From: an uncultured Rhabdochlamydiaceae bacterium
Lineage (GTDB): Bacteria > Chlamydiota > Chlamydiia > Chlamydiales > Rhabdochlamydiaceae
DNA: 64,000 nucleotides
Direction: 5' to 3'
NCBI GenBank assembly: GCA_963712275.1
Contig: CAVQHD010000001.1
Span: 896,001-960,000, forward strand
The notes beneath the pieces were generated by a model that saw only the letters and a program-made list of their open reading frames with translations, was not told the origin of the DNA and did no database searches. Within the stretch, counting starts at the first letter, position 1. Every line of letters begins with the position of its first letter. Position numbers and translations under genes: made by a program. Below, one piece after another: positions 55,715 to 64,000 of this stretch.

Positions 55715-57190
55715 ATGGTAACTGCTATTCATGGTTTTCTAAAAACGCATGTTTCCTCGCAAAAGCTTTCTTTGGGTAGCAAAGCTGTAGCTGGGCTTTT
55801 GGTGGGTGCGGTTCTGTATAACTCTTTTATTGAAACAACATGGCTGAACCGGGTCGTTATTCTTGTTAAAAAGATTTTTGCAGAGGTTCTTGATTTCGTA
55901 AGACAATGCTTCCCAGAAGCTAAAAACCCGTTTCCAGATGGAAAATACGCTGATCCTGCTTTGAATCAAAAAGAAATTGCCCGATTCATTGCATCACAAC
56001 AGCAAAAATTTGATAGGGCAATCAGGCAATCCAATATGACGGCCCTGATCATAAAATTTCTGAATGATCCCCAAGCCCAGCTGATTAACATTAGAAGAAA
56101 CACTCACAATCGAGAGGATTGTCCCGAAACTTATTTCATGCATTTGTATGAATGTGCTTGCGAGAGTCAATTCGACCGGTTTTGTAATTCAAGGCGACTT
56201 GACATTGAAACCCAATTCCTGAAAAACACACAAGAGCTGTGCCCCAAGGATCAAGAACTTCGGTATCTTGGCATTGGAGTTGGGGGAGGATTGCAAGATT
56301 TTATCAATTTAGGAAAGTTAGTTCGAGCAGGTTATACGAGTATTAAAGCTGTGCTTGTCGATTTGGAATTTAAGGTTCCCTCTGAAAAATTCAAAAAGCT
56401 TCAGACTCAAATGGGATATTTAGAGATCTTTGCTAAGGAAATGAAGGCTAAATTAGAGATTTCCTACCGCTCTTCCACTTTGGGCATCTGCGAGAAATAT
56501 CATGTGATTCAGCAGATCGATGTGGTTGATCTTTCTCAGGCAGGTCGATCTCGTGCTTTACTTGAGGAGAATGGAAGGTTTTATCTTGCTTTTAAGACTT
56601 ATGATCTCTTTTTTAGTAAATTAGAGTTGGTTCACACCAAGTTTTTCCACGAGCTTTGCGATGAAATCACCGAGTTAACCCAAGGAATGGAGGAGGCTGT
56701 TCAAAAATTAGAGAGAGAACATCTGAAAATAGCCTTTTTAAGCCCTAAAGTCCATTTGATCCAATGGATCCAAATTCTTCCTATTCTATGCAATCATTCG
56801 ATCGTAAAGAAAATTTCTCTCACCCTATTTCAGGTAACTGTCGAAAGCATCCCGGAATTGAATCAATTTTTCAGTCTTATCACAGGTAAAGAGGTCGAAA
56901 CCACTGTTGAGCGGGATGATCCTAGCCACTATTCTTCATCGACTCAGTTTGATATTGTTGCAGATCTTTTTTCCGTCCGTTTTGAGGATCAACTAAAATC
57001 GATATTACAAAAATTTAGCCAAGGTTCCCCAAGGCCAATATTATTTTTTGATACTACAACTAAAAATTGTAAGAAAATTTTATGGGAGTGTGTTTGGCAA
57101 TGGGATCCAGCCTCTGGAATTAGATTTTTTGGAAAATCCTCTGACACCACGCAAAAAAAAGTCACAGCCTTACTGCAGGAATCGACATAG
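55715..57190 (+). CDS. Hypothetical protein with N-terminal TM segment and a Gly-rich, SAM-binding-like loop (candidate effector)
   Basis: 491-aa ORF; YLGIGVGGGLQD followed by VLVDLE resembles Rossmann methyltransferase motifs I and II. Confidence 0.65.
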   Translation: MVTAIHGFLKTHVSSQKLSLGSKAVAGLLVGAVLYNSFIETTWLNRVVILVKKIFAEVLDFVRQCFPEAKNPFPDGKYADPALNQKEIARFIASQQQKFDRAIRQSNMTALIIKFLNDPQAQLINIRRNTHNREDCPETYFMHLYECACESQFDRFCNSRRLDIETQFLKNTQELCPKDQELRYLGIGVGGGLQDFINLGKLVRAGYTSIKAVLVDLEFKVPSEKFKKLQTQMGYLEIFAKEMKAKLEISYRSSTLGICEKYHVIQQIDVVDLSQAGRSRALLEENGRFYLAFKTYDLFFSKLELVHTKFFHELCDEITELTQGMEEAVQKLEREHLKIAFLSPKVHLIQWIQILPILCNHSIVKKISLTLFQVTVESIPELNQFFSLITGKEVETTVERDDPSHYSSSTQFDIVADLFSVRFEDQLKSILQKFSQGSPRPILFFDTTTKNCKKILWECVWQWDPASGIRFFGKSSDTTQKKVTALLQEST

Positions 57191-57200
57191 TATTCCGCTT

Positions 57201-57218
57201 TTTTAAGACAGCTTCTTA
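57201..57218. repeat. Terminal stump of family D element
   Basis: TTTTAAGACAGCTTC-TTA is identical to the right end of D1 and D2. Confidence 0.75.
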
Positions 57219-57244
57219 GAGAGTGTTAAGAAAAGGAGAAAAAC

Positions 57245-57679
57245 ATGATGAAAAGAACAGGGTTGCTCAGCTTGTCCATCCTGGCTATGACATTTTTAAA
57301 TCTCTTTGCAGATCCTATACATTCATACCAAGAACTCACCTCTGCAATGCGAGAGGGAGACCGTTTTGTGATTCTAGTAGATTTGCAACAGTGCACGGGC
57401 AAGGCTGGGATGCCAATGGGATATTTAGCCCCAAAAGCGATGATGCTGGTCCCTGCAAAAGAGACAATTCCAGAACGTGTGCTAACCTCGGACCTACATT
57501 TCACTGACCATTCAGGCAAGCCAACCTATGAGTATGTCAAGTACACTTTCAATGTCGATAATACCGTTGTAATCCAAACGACTTTTTATGATCCTCAAGA
57601 TTTTAAGGCCATAGGCTCAGCTCATACGATGAACTGCAGTCTGGGTAGAGGAGTGAAAATCTATTCAAACAACGATTAA
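57245..57679 (+). CDS. VirK-family exported protein
   Basis: Signal peptide; Y.EL..A...G....LVDLQQC, SDLHFT....P.YEYVKY, final C.LG.GV.I typical of VirK-family proteins. Confidence 0.7.
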   Translation: MMKRTGLLSLSILAMTFLNLFADPIHSYQELTSAMREGDRFVILVDLQQCTGKAGMPMGYLAPKAMMLVPAKETIPERVLTSDLHFTDHSGKPTYEYVKYTFNVDNTVVIQTTFYDPQDFKAIGSAHTMNCSLGRGVKIYSNND

Positions 57680-57691
57680 GACAGCTTCTAA
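57676..57691. repeat. Terminal stump of family D element overlapping the VirK stop codon
   Basis: TTAAGACAGCTTC-TAA. Confidence 0.6.
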
Positions 57692-57736
57692 AAAGCTGCT
57701 CGCTATCAAACCAAGTAATTGATATATTTTCCCCCT

Positions 57737-58993
57737 ATGAGAAAGATTATTCTTTCATTACTCGTTTGGTTTTCTTTGGTTGCTGAGCCTATGAATCTTG
57801 CCGAATTAATCGATATGGGGCTCCAAAACAATCCGGAGACAACAAAAGCATGGGCCAATACAAAACGTGCTCAAGCACAGCTGGGACTTGCTCAAAGCGA
57901 GTATTATCCGACGGTCGGAGTACAAGGTAAGCTTACCCACGGACGGGATGTAAAGTTTGTCAATGGTCCTGAGGTCATTTTCACCAACTATGGGGCCGAT
58001 CTTGTGCTTTCTTATTTATTATTTGACTTTGGAGAGCGGAAAGCAGAAGTGCAGGCCATGCGAAGCGCATTAAAAGCATCAAGATGGTCTGAAGACTTTT
58101 TGATGCAAAAAATTATTTATAAAATCTCTGCTAGTTACTATGAGTACTTAAGTGCTCAAGAACTCATTCGAACCAAAGAAATGACTCTTAAAGATGTCGA
58201 GCAAATTCAAGATGCAGCACAGGAACTGTTGCATGCGGGGCTGCGATCTGAAACTGATCAAACATTGAGTAAAGCCGCTGTGGCGCAGCTACAAATAGAA
58301 TTGGCCGAATGGAGAGCAAAAGCGGCTGTCGCTTATTGCAAGCTTTTAATGGAATTAGGTCTTCCGTTTGAGACTAAGATAGAGATCGATACAGCGCTAA
58401 AAGAAAGTGAGGTTATTCTCGAGGGTGTGCAGGATTTAATTGCAAAAGCTGAGGAAAAGCGAGCTGATGTGCTAGCGATGAAAGCAACCTTGAGTGAGCT
58501 GCATGAGCGGGTTAAGAAAAGTCGAAGAAGCCAGCGCCCTAAATTAAGAGCTTTGGGTCAAGGGGGTTGGATAGAGTATGTTAAACACAAAGATCGAGGA
58601 TATAATTATACGGCGGGCTTGGCGCTTGACATCCCTCTTTTCAAAGGATTTGAAAATACCTATCAAAATCGAAAGGCGCTTGCGGATGAAGAAATCACTG
58701 CCATTGAATTGAAACAACTCCAAGAAGAAGTTGCGCTTGAGGTCATCACTTATAGCGCAGCTGTTAAAGCATCTCAAGAGGCTCTCCCTTGGAGCGGCCG
58801 GTATCTAGAAGAAGCGATAAAGTCGTATGAAGCCGCTTTGGAAAATTACAAGGCAGGGCTGCATAATATCTTCAATCTTCTTCAAACCCAGCAGTCTCTT
58901 GCGGATGCACGTATGAAAGAAACAGAGGCAAAAACAAAGTGGCGGGTAGCGCTGGCTCAGCTGGCATTTGCAACGGGGAGTATACAAAAATGA
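57737..58993 (+). CDS. TolC-family outer membrane efflux protein
   Basis: L.ELI..GLQNNP, YYPTV, LSYLLFDFG, IPLFKGF, YKAGL; first gene of an RND operon. Confidence 0.9.
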   Translation: MRKIILSLLVWFSLVAEPMNLAELIDMGLQNNPETTKAWANTKRAQAQLGLAQSEYYPTVGVQGKLTHGRDVKFVNGPEVIFTNYGADLVLSYLLFDFGERKAEVQAMRSALKASRWSEDFLMQKIIYKISASYYEYLSAQELIRTKEMTLKDVEQIQDAAQELLHAGLRSETDQTLSKAAVAQLQIELAEWRAKAAVAYCKLLMELGLPFETKIEIDTALKESEVILEGVQDLIAKAEEKRADVLAMKATLSELHERVKKSRRSQRPKLRALGQGGWIEYVKHKDRGYNYTAGLALDIPLFKGFENTYQNRKALADEEITAIELKQLQEEVALEVITYSAAVKASQEALPWSGRYLEEAIKSYEAALENYKAGLHNIFNLLQTQQSLADARMKETEAKTKWRVALAQLAFATGSIQK

Positions 58994-60033
58994 GACGGTT
59001 ATTGCTGTTATTGATGCTTGCTGCCTGCTCTAAAGAAGACAGTAAGAAAAGCTTTGAAATGCCACCTATTCCTGTACAAACGGCGCAAGTTGAAGTACGC
59101 GATTTGCCCTTATATTTTGAATCGATCGGAACGATTAAACCTTTTCAATCCGCCGAAGTAAAATCGCAAGTATCAGGAATGATTACAGGCATTTATTTTA
59201 CTGAAGGGCAGCTGGTAAAAAAAGGAGCGCTTCTTTACACAATCGATGAGGCCCCTTATGAGATTCGGGTCCGGGAAGCAGAAGCGATGCTCTTGCAGGA
59301 TAAGGCTCATTTACAAAATGAGCAAAAAAAATTGGAGAGATACAAGAGTCTCTCCAGGCCCGGTTTAATCGCTGCAGTCGAGTGGGATGAATTGCACACA
59401 AAAATTGCGCTCCGGGAAGCAATGGTCAAAGTAGATGAAGCAAAACTGTCTGCTGCGCAGCTTGATTTGGAGCGGTGCCGTATCATGGCTCCCATCGACG
59501 GACGCGCGGGAAAAACAGCATTGCAAGTAGGAAACATGACGAGTGAAAAACCTCTTGTGAAACTATCACAGATGGATCCCCTTGCTGTTGATTTTGAAAT
59601 CACTCTGGATGAACGAGAAAAATTGCCTGAAGCGCCTCAACTTGAGATTTACATGATTGGGAAATCTGAATCGCTCGCATCGGGACATGTGACATTTTTA
59701 GATCATAGTATCGACCCTAGATCAGGAATGATTGCAGCTCAAGGTTTGTTAAAAGATTTGAAGGCTCCTCTTTGGGCGGATGAGAGAGTACGTGTCAAAG
59801 TCTTTTTCGGAAAAAAAATAGGAGCGAGATTGATTCCTCTTCGGGCCATTAAAACAAACCAAACAGGCCCCTACGTTTTCTTGGTCAAAGAGGACCATAC
59901 AGTCGAGATGCGCTCTTTACAACTAGGCCCTGAAGAAAAAGGATTTGTCGTTGTCGACCTAGATGGAGGCACTGTTGTCACGGAAGGGCATAGTCGGCTT
60001 TATCCCGGGTCCAAAGTAGAGGAAAAAGAGTGA
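58990..60033 (+). CDS. RND efflux periplasmic adaptor (lipoprotein)
   Basis: LAAC lipobox, VKSQVSG.I..I.F.EGQLVKKG..L..ID, I.APIDG. Confidence 0.92.
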   Translation: MRRLLLLLMLAACSKEDSKKSFEMPPIPVQTAQVEVRDLPLYFESIGTIKPFQSAEVKSQVSGMITGIYFTEGQLVKKGALLYTIDEAPYEIRVREAEAMLLQDKAHLQNEQKKLERYKSLSRPGLIAAVEWDELHTKIALREAMVKVDEAKLSAAQLDLERCRIMAPIDGRAGKTALQVGNMTSEKPLVKLSQMDPLAVDFEITLDEREKLPEAPQLEIYMIGKSESLASGHVTFLDHSIDPRSGMIAAQGLLKDLKAPLWADERVRVKVFFGKKIGARLIPLRAIKTNQTGPYVFLVKEDHTVEMRSLQLGPEEKGFVVVDLDGGTVVTEGHSRLYPGSKVEEKE

Positions 60034-63000
60034 ATATCTCTGCGCCCTTTATCCGCCGCCCTGTCATGACAACCCTTGTCATAGGCGCAATTCTTTTGCT
60101 GGGTTTTCTAGCTTTTAAACGGCTTCCTGTGACAGATCTTCCTAATGTTGAGTACCCTCTCATCAACGTACGGGCGATGTACTCGGGCGCCAGCCCGGAA
60201 GTCATGGCCTCTCAAGTAGCGTCGCCTCTTGAGAAAGAGCTCTTGCGCATCAACGGAGTTAAAAATATCTATTCGCAAAGCAGCCGCGGGATGTCGTGGA
60301 TCACAGTCGTCTTCAAGCTCGACCGCGATATTAATGAAGCTGTTCAAGATGTTCAAGTTGCACTGAGGCGCGCTGACGCTACTCTTCCGCCGGATATGGA
60401 CGAGAGGCCCCTCTATTTTAAGGCAAATGCTCATGGCGAAAGTATTATTTATTTGATCCTCTCCTCCGATACCGCCTCTTTAGCAGAACTCTACGACATT
60501 GCACACCAGCGAATTGAACAGCGGATTGCGCGTATTGACGGTGTTGGCAAAGTTGAAGTGCACGGCTCTCCCTACGCCATAAGAATACATTTGAATCCAG
60601 AAAATCTCGCGGCGCGAGGGCTCACATTTGAAGAGGTGACGCGAGCCATCACTCAGGCCACAGGAAGCGCTCCCCTTGGAAGCCTCGATACGGAAGGGCG
60701 CAAGTTCACGCTCGAAATTCCGAGCCAAATGAATAATGCAGCCGATTTCCAAAATCTTGCAATAACCCCGCAGATCCGTTTAAAAGAGATTGCCACTGCT
60801 CGTGATGGGCTGGAAAAAGAGGAGATTTTTCACTATCTTACCCCGGAGAAGAATTCCCCCGCTGTGATTCTAGGGATCCAAAAGCAAAACACGGCTAATG
60901 CCGTACGTATTTCACAAGATCTGCAAAAAATGCTTCCCGAGATTCAGGCGGAACTCCCGCCTTCGATACATCTCCTCCACTGGTTTGACAAAACGAACTG
61001 GATTAAAGAAGCCATTGAAGATGTTGAATGGTCTCTTATCTTCTCATTCGCGCTTGTCGTAGGCGTGGTTTTCTTTAGCTTACGCAGAGCGCGTGAAACG
61101 ATGATCGCTGCTACCGCGCTTCCGCTCTCTGTAATCGGGACTTTCATTGTCATGCAGCTGCTCAATTTTAATTTGGACATTCTCTCTCTTCTAGCCCTCA
61201 CCCTTTCCATGGGGTTTGTGATCGACGATGCGATTGTTGTTCTCGAAAATATCGTTCGCCACCAGGAAAAAGGGGTTCATAGACTTGAGGCATCGCTTGT
61301 TGGCTCAAAGCAAATTAGTTTTACCGTTTTATCGATGACGCTATCGCTAGTCGCTGTCTTTATTCCTCTTCTCTTCATGCAAGATGTCACTGGACGTCTT
61401 TTTCGAGAATTCAGCATTACTCTGGCTGTTGCCATTCTAATCTCAGGTTTTGTTTCTCTCTTTTTAACGCCGATGCTCTGTAGTCGATTTTTATCCCCGC
61501 ATATCGAGATTAAAGAACGTAAAAGCTTTCTGCTCACAATCTATAAACCTGCCCTCAACTGGTGTTTAAATCATAAGAAAATAACTCTTGCCTTGAGCAT
61601 CATGACGGTAGGGCTTACCGTCTTCTTCTTTCGTTTCCTCCCTATTACCTTATTCCCAGAAGAAGATCGAGGGACCCTCTGGAGCTTTGTGCAGATGCCT
61701 AGCGGCATGTCCAAATCTCAATCCGATGTCTACCAACAGCAACTCAATGCAATTATTCAAAAAAATCAAGCCGTTGAAAGCTTCATTGCGCTGAATTTCA
61801 AAGATTTTCAGATCTATTTTATCCACCTACTCGAAGCTTCCCACCGTCCTCCGCAGGCTGTTGTGATTAGCGAGCTGCAAAACCAATTAAATGCCGTTCC
61901 TGGAACCACCGCTTTTTTACGGGGAATGCAACTGATTTCTGCTGATGGAGGTAGTGGATTTTCAAGAAATAGTTATTCTTTTACCCTCAAAGGTCCCGAT
62001 CTTGATCAGGTTCGCTTGGGTGGCGAAGCTCTTAAGAAAAGACTTTTAGCTCACCCAATGTTTATAAATCCTGACTTAAGCCTTAAAGCCGATGATCCCA
62101 AGCTGCAAGTCAGAGTCTTTGAAGATCAGGCCCAAAAACTTGGACTTACGCGCCAAACAATCCAAACGCTCCTTCAAAATGCCTACAGTGGAACAAGTGT
62201 TGGAAAAATCGACAAAGGATCTGAACAATACAAGGTGTTTGTTGAACTCGACTCTGAATTTCAAAAAAGCACTTCAGCATTGGCTAAGCTCTATCTTAAA
62301 ACACCAGAAGGTGCATCGGTTCCTCTCAAAGCTGTCGCCTCTTGGAAAGAGGGAGTCGGTCTTCAAACGGTTGAACATCTTAATGCTCTCCCTTCAACAG
62401 CGGTATTTTTTGATATCGCAAAAGATGTGAAATCTCAAGATGCCTTCGCAGAGCTCAAAAAAATCGCAGCCGAAACTCTTCCCCCCTCCGTCACCGGTCA
62501 GTTTGAAGGAGTCGCCGATATCATGGACAACACCTCAAAAGATACCCTTTGGCTCCTCATTCTTGCTGTTGCAGCCATGTATATTGTCCTCGGTGTTCTC
62601 TACGAAAGCTTTATCCACCCTTTCACCATCCTCTCAGCGCTCCCATTTGCCTGTCTTGGAGGAGTTCTCACACTACTGATCTTCCGCGAGCCTCTCTCCC
62701 TATACAGCATGGTCGGCTTTCTCCTGCTTATCGGAATTGTCAAGAAAAATGGAATCATGATGATCGACTATGCTCTTGAATTACAGAAAAATGAAGCCTC
62801 CTCTCCGCTTGAGGCCATACGAGAAGCTTGTATTGTTCGATTTCGCCCTATCATGATGACAACCATTGCCGCAGTGATGGGCGCTCTTCCGATTGCAATA
62901 GGTATCGGAGCGGGAGCCGAAACGCGCCGAGGTCTTGGACTCGTTATTGCAGGCGGTCTTTTATTCTCACAATTTCTAACCCTATTTTTAACACCCATCC

Positions 63001-63050
63001 TCTATCTTTATTTAGAAAAAGCACGATCTAAGAGGGTGGGAGAAAGATAA
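60030..63050 (+). CDS. RND efflux permease (MdtB/MdtC-like, HAE1)
   Basis: MNISAPFIRRPVMTTL, GFVIDDAIVVLENI, GIVKKNGIMMIDYA, RFRPIMMTT. Confidence 0.96.
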   Translation: MNISAPFIRRPVMTTLVIGAILLLGFLAFKRLPVTDLPNVEYPLINVRAMYSGASPEVMASQVASPLEKELLRINGVKNIYSQSSRGMSWITVVFKLDRDINEAVQDVQVALRRADATLPPDMDERPLYFKANAHGESIIYLILSSDTASLAELYDIAHQRIEQRIARIDGVGKVEVHGSPYAIRIHLNPENLAARGLTFEEVTRAITQATGSAPLGSLDTEGRKFTLEIPSQMNNAADFQNLAITPQIRLKEIATARDGLEKEEIFHYLTPEKNSPAVILGIQKQNTANAVRISQDLQKMLPEIQAELPPSIHLLHWFDKTNWIKEAIEDVEWSLIFSFALVVGVVFFSLRRARETMIAATALPLSVIGTFIVMQLLNFNLDILSLLALTLSMGFVIDDAIVVLENIVRHQEKGVHRLEASLVGSKQISFTVLSMTLSLVAVFIPLLFMQDVTGRLFREFSITLAVAILISGFVSLFLTPMLCSRFLSPHIEIKERKSFLLTIYKPALNWCLNHKKITLALSIMTVGLTVFFFRFLPITLFPEEDRGTLWSFVQMPSGMSKSQSDVYQQQLNAIIQKNQAVESFIALNFKDFQIYFIHLLEASHRPPQAVVISELQNQLNAVPGTTAFLRGMQLISADGGSGFSRNSYSFTLKGPDLDQVRLGGEALKKRLLAHPMFINPDLSLKADDPKLQVRVFEDQAQKLGLTRQTIQTLLQNAYSGTSVGKIDKGSEQYKVFVELDSEFQKSTSALAKLYLKTPEGASVPLKAVASWKEGVGLQTVEHLNALPSTAVFFDIAKDVKSQDAFAELKKIAAETLPPSVTGQFEGVADIMDNTSKDTLWLLILAVAAMYIVLGVLYESFIHPFTILSALPFACLGGVLTLLIFREPLSLYSMVGFLLLIGIVKKNGIMMIDYALELQKNEASSPLEAIREACIVRFRPIMMTTIAAVMGALPIAIGIGAGAETRRGLGLVIAGGLLFSQFLTLFLTPILYLYLEKARSKRVGER

Positions 63051-63053
63051 AAA

Positions 63054-64000
63054 ATGATAAATCAAGGTCAAATCCTACTCTACCAAACTGAAGATGGCCG
63101 CCAGCGGATTGAGGTGCGGCTTGAACAAGATACGGTTTGGCTATCACAGATGCTTATGGCTGAACTTTTCCAAACGACTGTCGCAAACATAAATCTCCAT
63201 ATTAGAAATATTTACGAAGAAAAAGAAGTCTCGACAGAGGGAACTATTAAGCAATACTTAATAGTTCGGCAAGAAGGATCGAGAAAGGTCCAAAGGCCTG
63301 TAATCTACTATAATTTGGATACGATCCTTGCAGTTGGCTTTCGCGTTCGATCACATAGAGGAGTCCAGTTTCGCCAATGGGCAAGCCAGTTGCTCAAAGA
63401 ATATATCGTTAAAGGGTTCACTCTAGATGATGAGCGCTTGAGTAATCCTGGCGGGCTTGCTTACTTTGATGAACTTTTGGACCGTATTCGAGCGATTCGA
63501 GCATCGGAGAAGCATTTCTATCAAAAAATACGGGATATCTACACACTGAGCGCCGACTACGATCCTCAACATTCCATGACCCAGGAATTTTTTAAGACCG
63601 TGCAAAATAAGCTTCTCTATGCGGTGACTGGCTTGACAGCTGCGGAGATCATTCATAAGAGGGTAAATGTTGCTCAGCCTAACCTGGGACTGATGACCTG
63701 GGATGGAGCGCGTCGAGGAAAAAAATTGACAAAACGAGACGTAGAGATCGCCAAAAACTACCTAAATCATGATGAAATCAAAAATTTAGAGCAGCTGGTG
63801 AGCCAATACTTGGATTTTGCCGAGCGACAAGCCCACCATCGAAAAGTCATGTATATGGCTGATTGGAAAACTAAGCTCGATGCTTTTCTCCAGCTCAATG
63901 ATGAGAAAATTCTGACTCATGCAGGTTCAATTTCTGCGGAGCTTGCCAAAGAACTGGCTTTAGCTGAATATGAGAAATTCGAAGAATATCATAGAAAGGA
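63054..64000 (+). CDS. Second RhuM-family protein (runs off window end)
   Basis: MINQGQILLYQTEDG..TVWLSQ..MAELFQ..VGFRVRSHRGVQFRQWA..YFDELLDRIRAIRASEKHFYQK; absent from the ORF track, apparently because it has no stop in the window. Confidence 0.9.
   Translation, partial: MINQGQILLYQTEDGRQRIEVRLEQDTVWLSQMLMAELFQTTVANINLHIRNIYEEKEVSTEGTIKQYLIVRQEGSRKVQRPVIYYNLDTILAVGFRVRSHRGVQFRQWASQLLKEYIVKGFTLDDERLSNPGGLAYFDELLDRIRAIRASEKHFYQKIRDIYTLSADYDPQHSMTQEFFKTVQNKLLYAVTGLTAAEIIHKRVNVAQPNLGLMTWDGARRGKKLTKRDVEIAKNYLNHDEIKNLEQLVSQYLDFAERQAHHRKVMYMADWKTKLDAFLQLNDEKILTHAGSISAELAKELALAEYEKFEEYHRK

Noticed and set aside
54303..57691. Classical integron
   Set aside because: No IntI integrase and no attC-type RYYYAAC...GTTRRRY sites were recognised. 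Only the looser cassette-like hypothesis is kept as a finding.

Overview
Chromosomal segment of an environmental member of the phylum Chlamydiota. This is inferred from the gene order ffh-rpsP-trmD-rplS-rnhB-yicC-gmk-rpoZ-metG-recD2, from ptsH-ptsI next to ybaB-dnaX, from a divergent GroEL paralog, and from many proteins with eukaryote-like domains. The core genes are interrupted by singly inserted candidate host-interaction genes: two F-box proteins, an LRR-NEL E3 ligase with a hydrophobic N-terminus, and several orphans. There are three tRNAs (Cys, Ser, Asn). An accessory islet follows tRNA-Ser (Fic, RhuM, AKR, AlbA_2-HTH). A ~9.4 kb island at tRNA-Asn is bounded by a 44-bp duplication of the tRNA 3' half. 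It carries a 1795-aa protein fusing a PARP-like ADP-ribosyltransferase, ankyrin repeats, a DUF294-like nucleotidyltransferase and 12 variable TPR repeats; a cluster of intact and decayed toxin-antitoxin genes; and a protein-free IS200/IS605-type element that appears to keep a promoter and a structured omegaRNA-like RNA. Intergenic regions contain four unrelated families of 160-185 bp near-perfect palindromic elements plus a degenerate fifth, and isolated terminal stumps of two families abut genes. The window ends with a TolC/RND efflux operon and a second RhuM gene. All calls come from reading motifs by eye; no searches were run.
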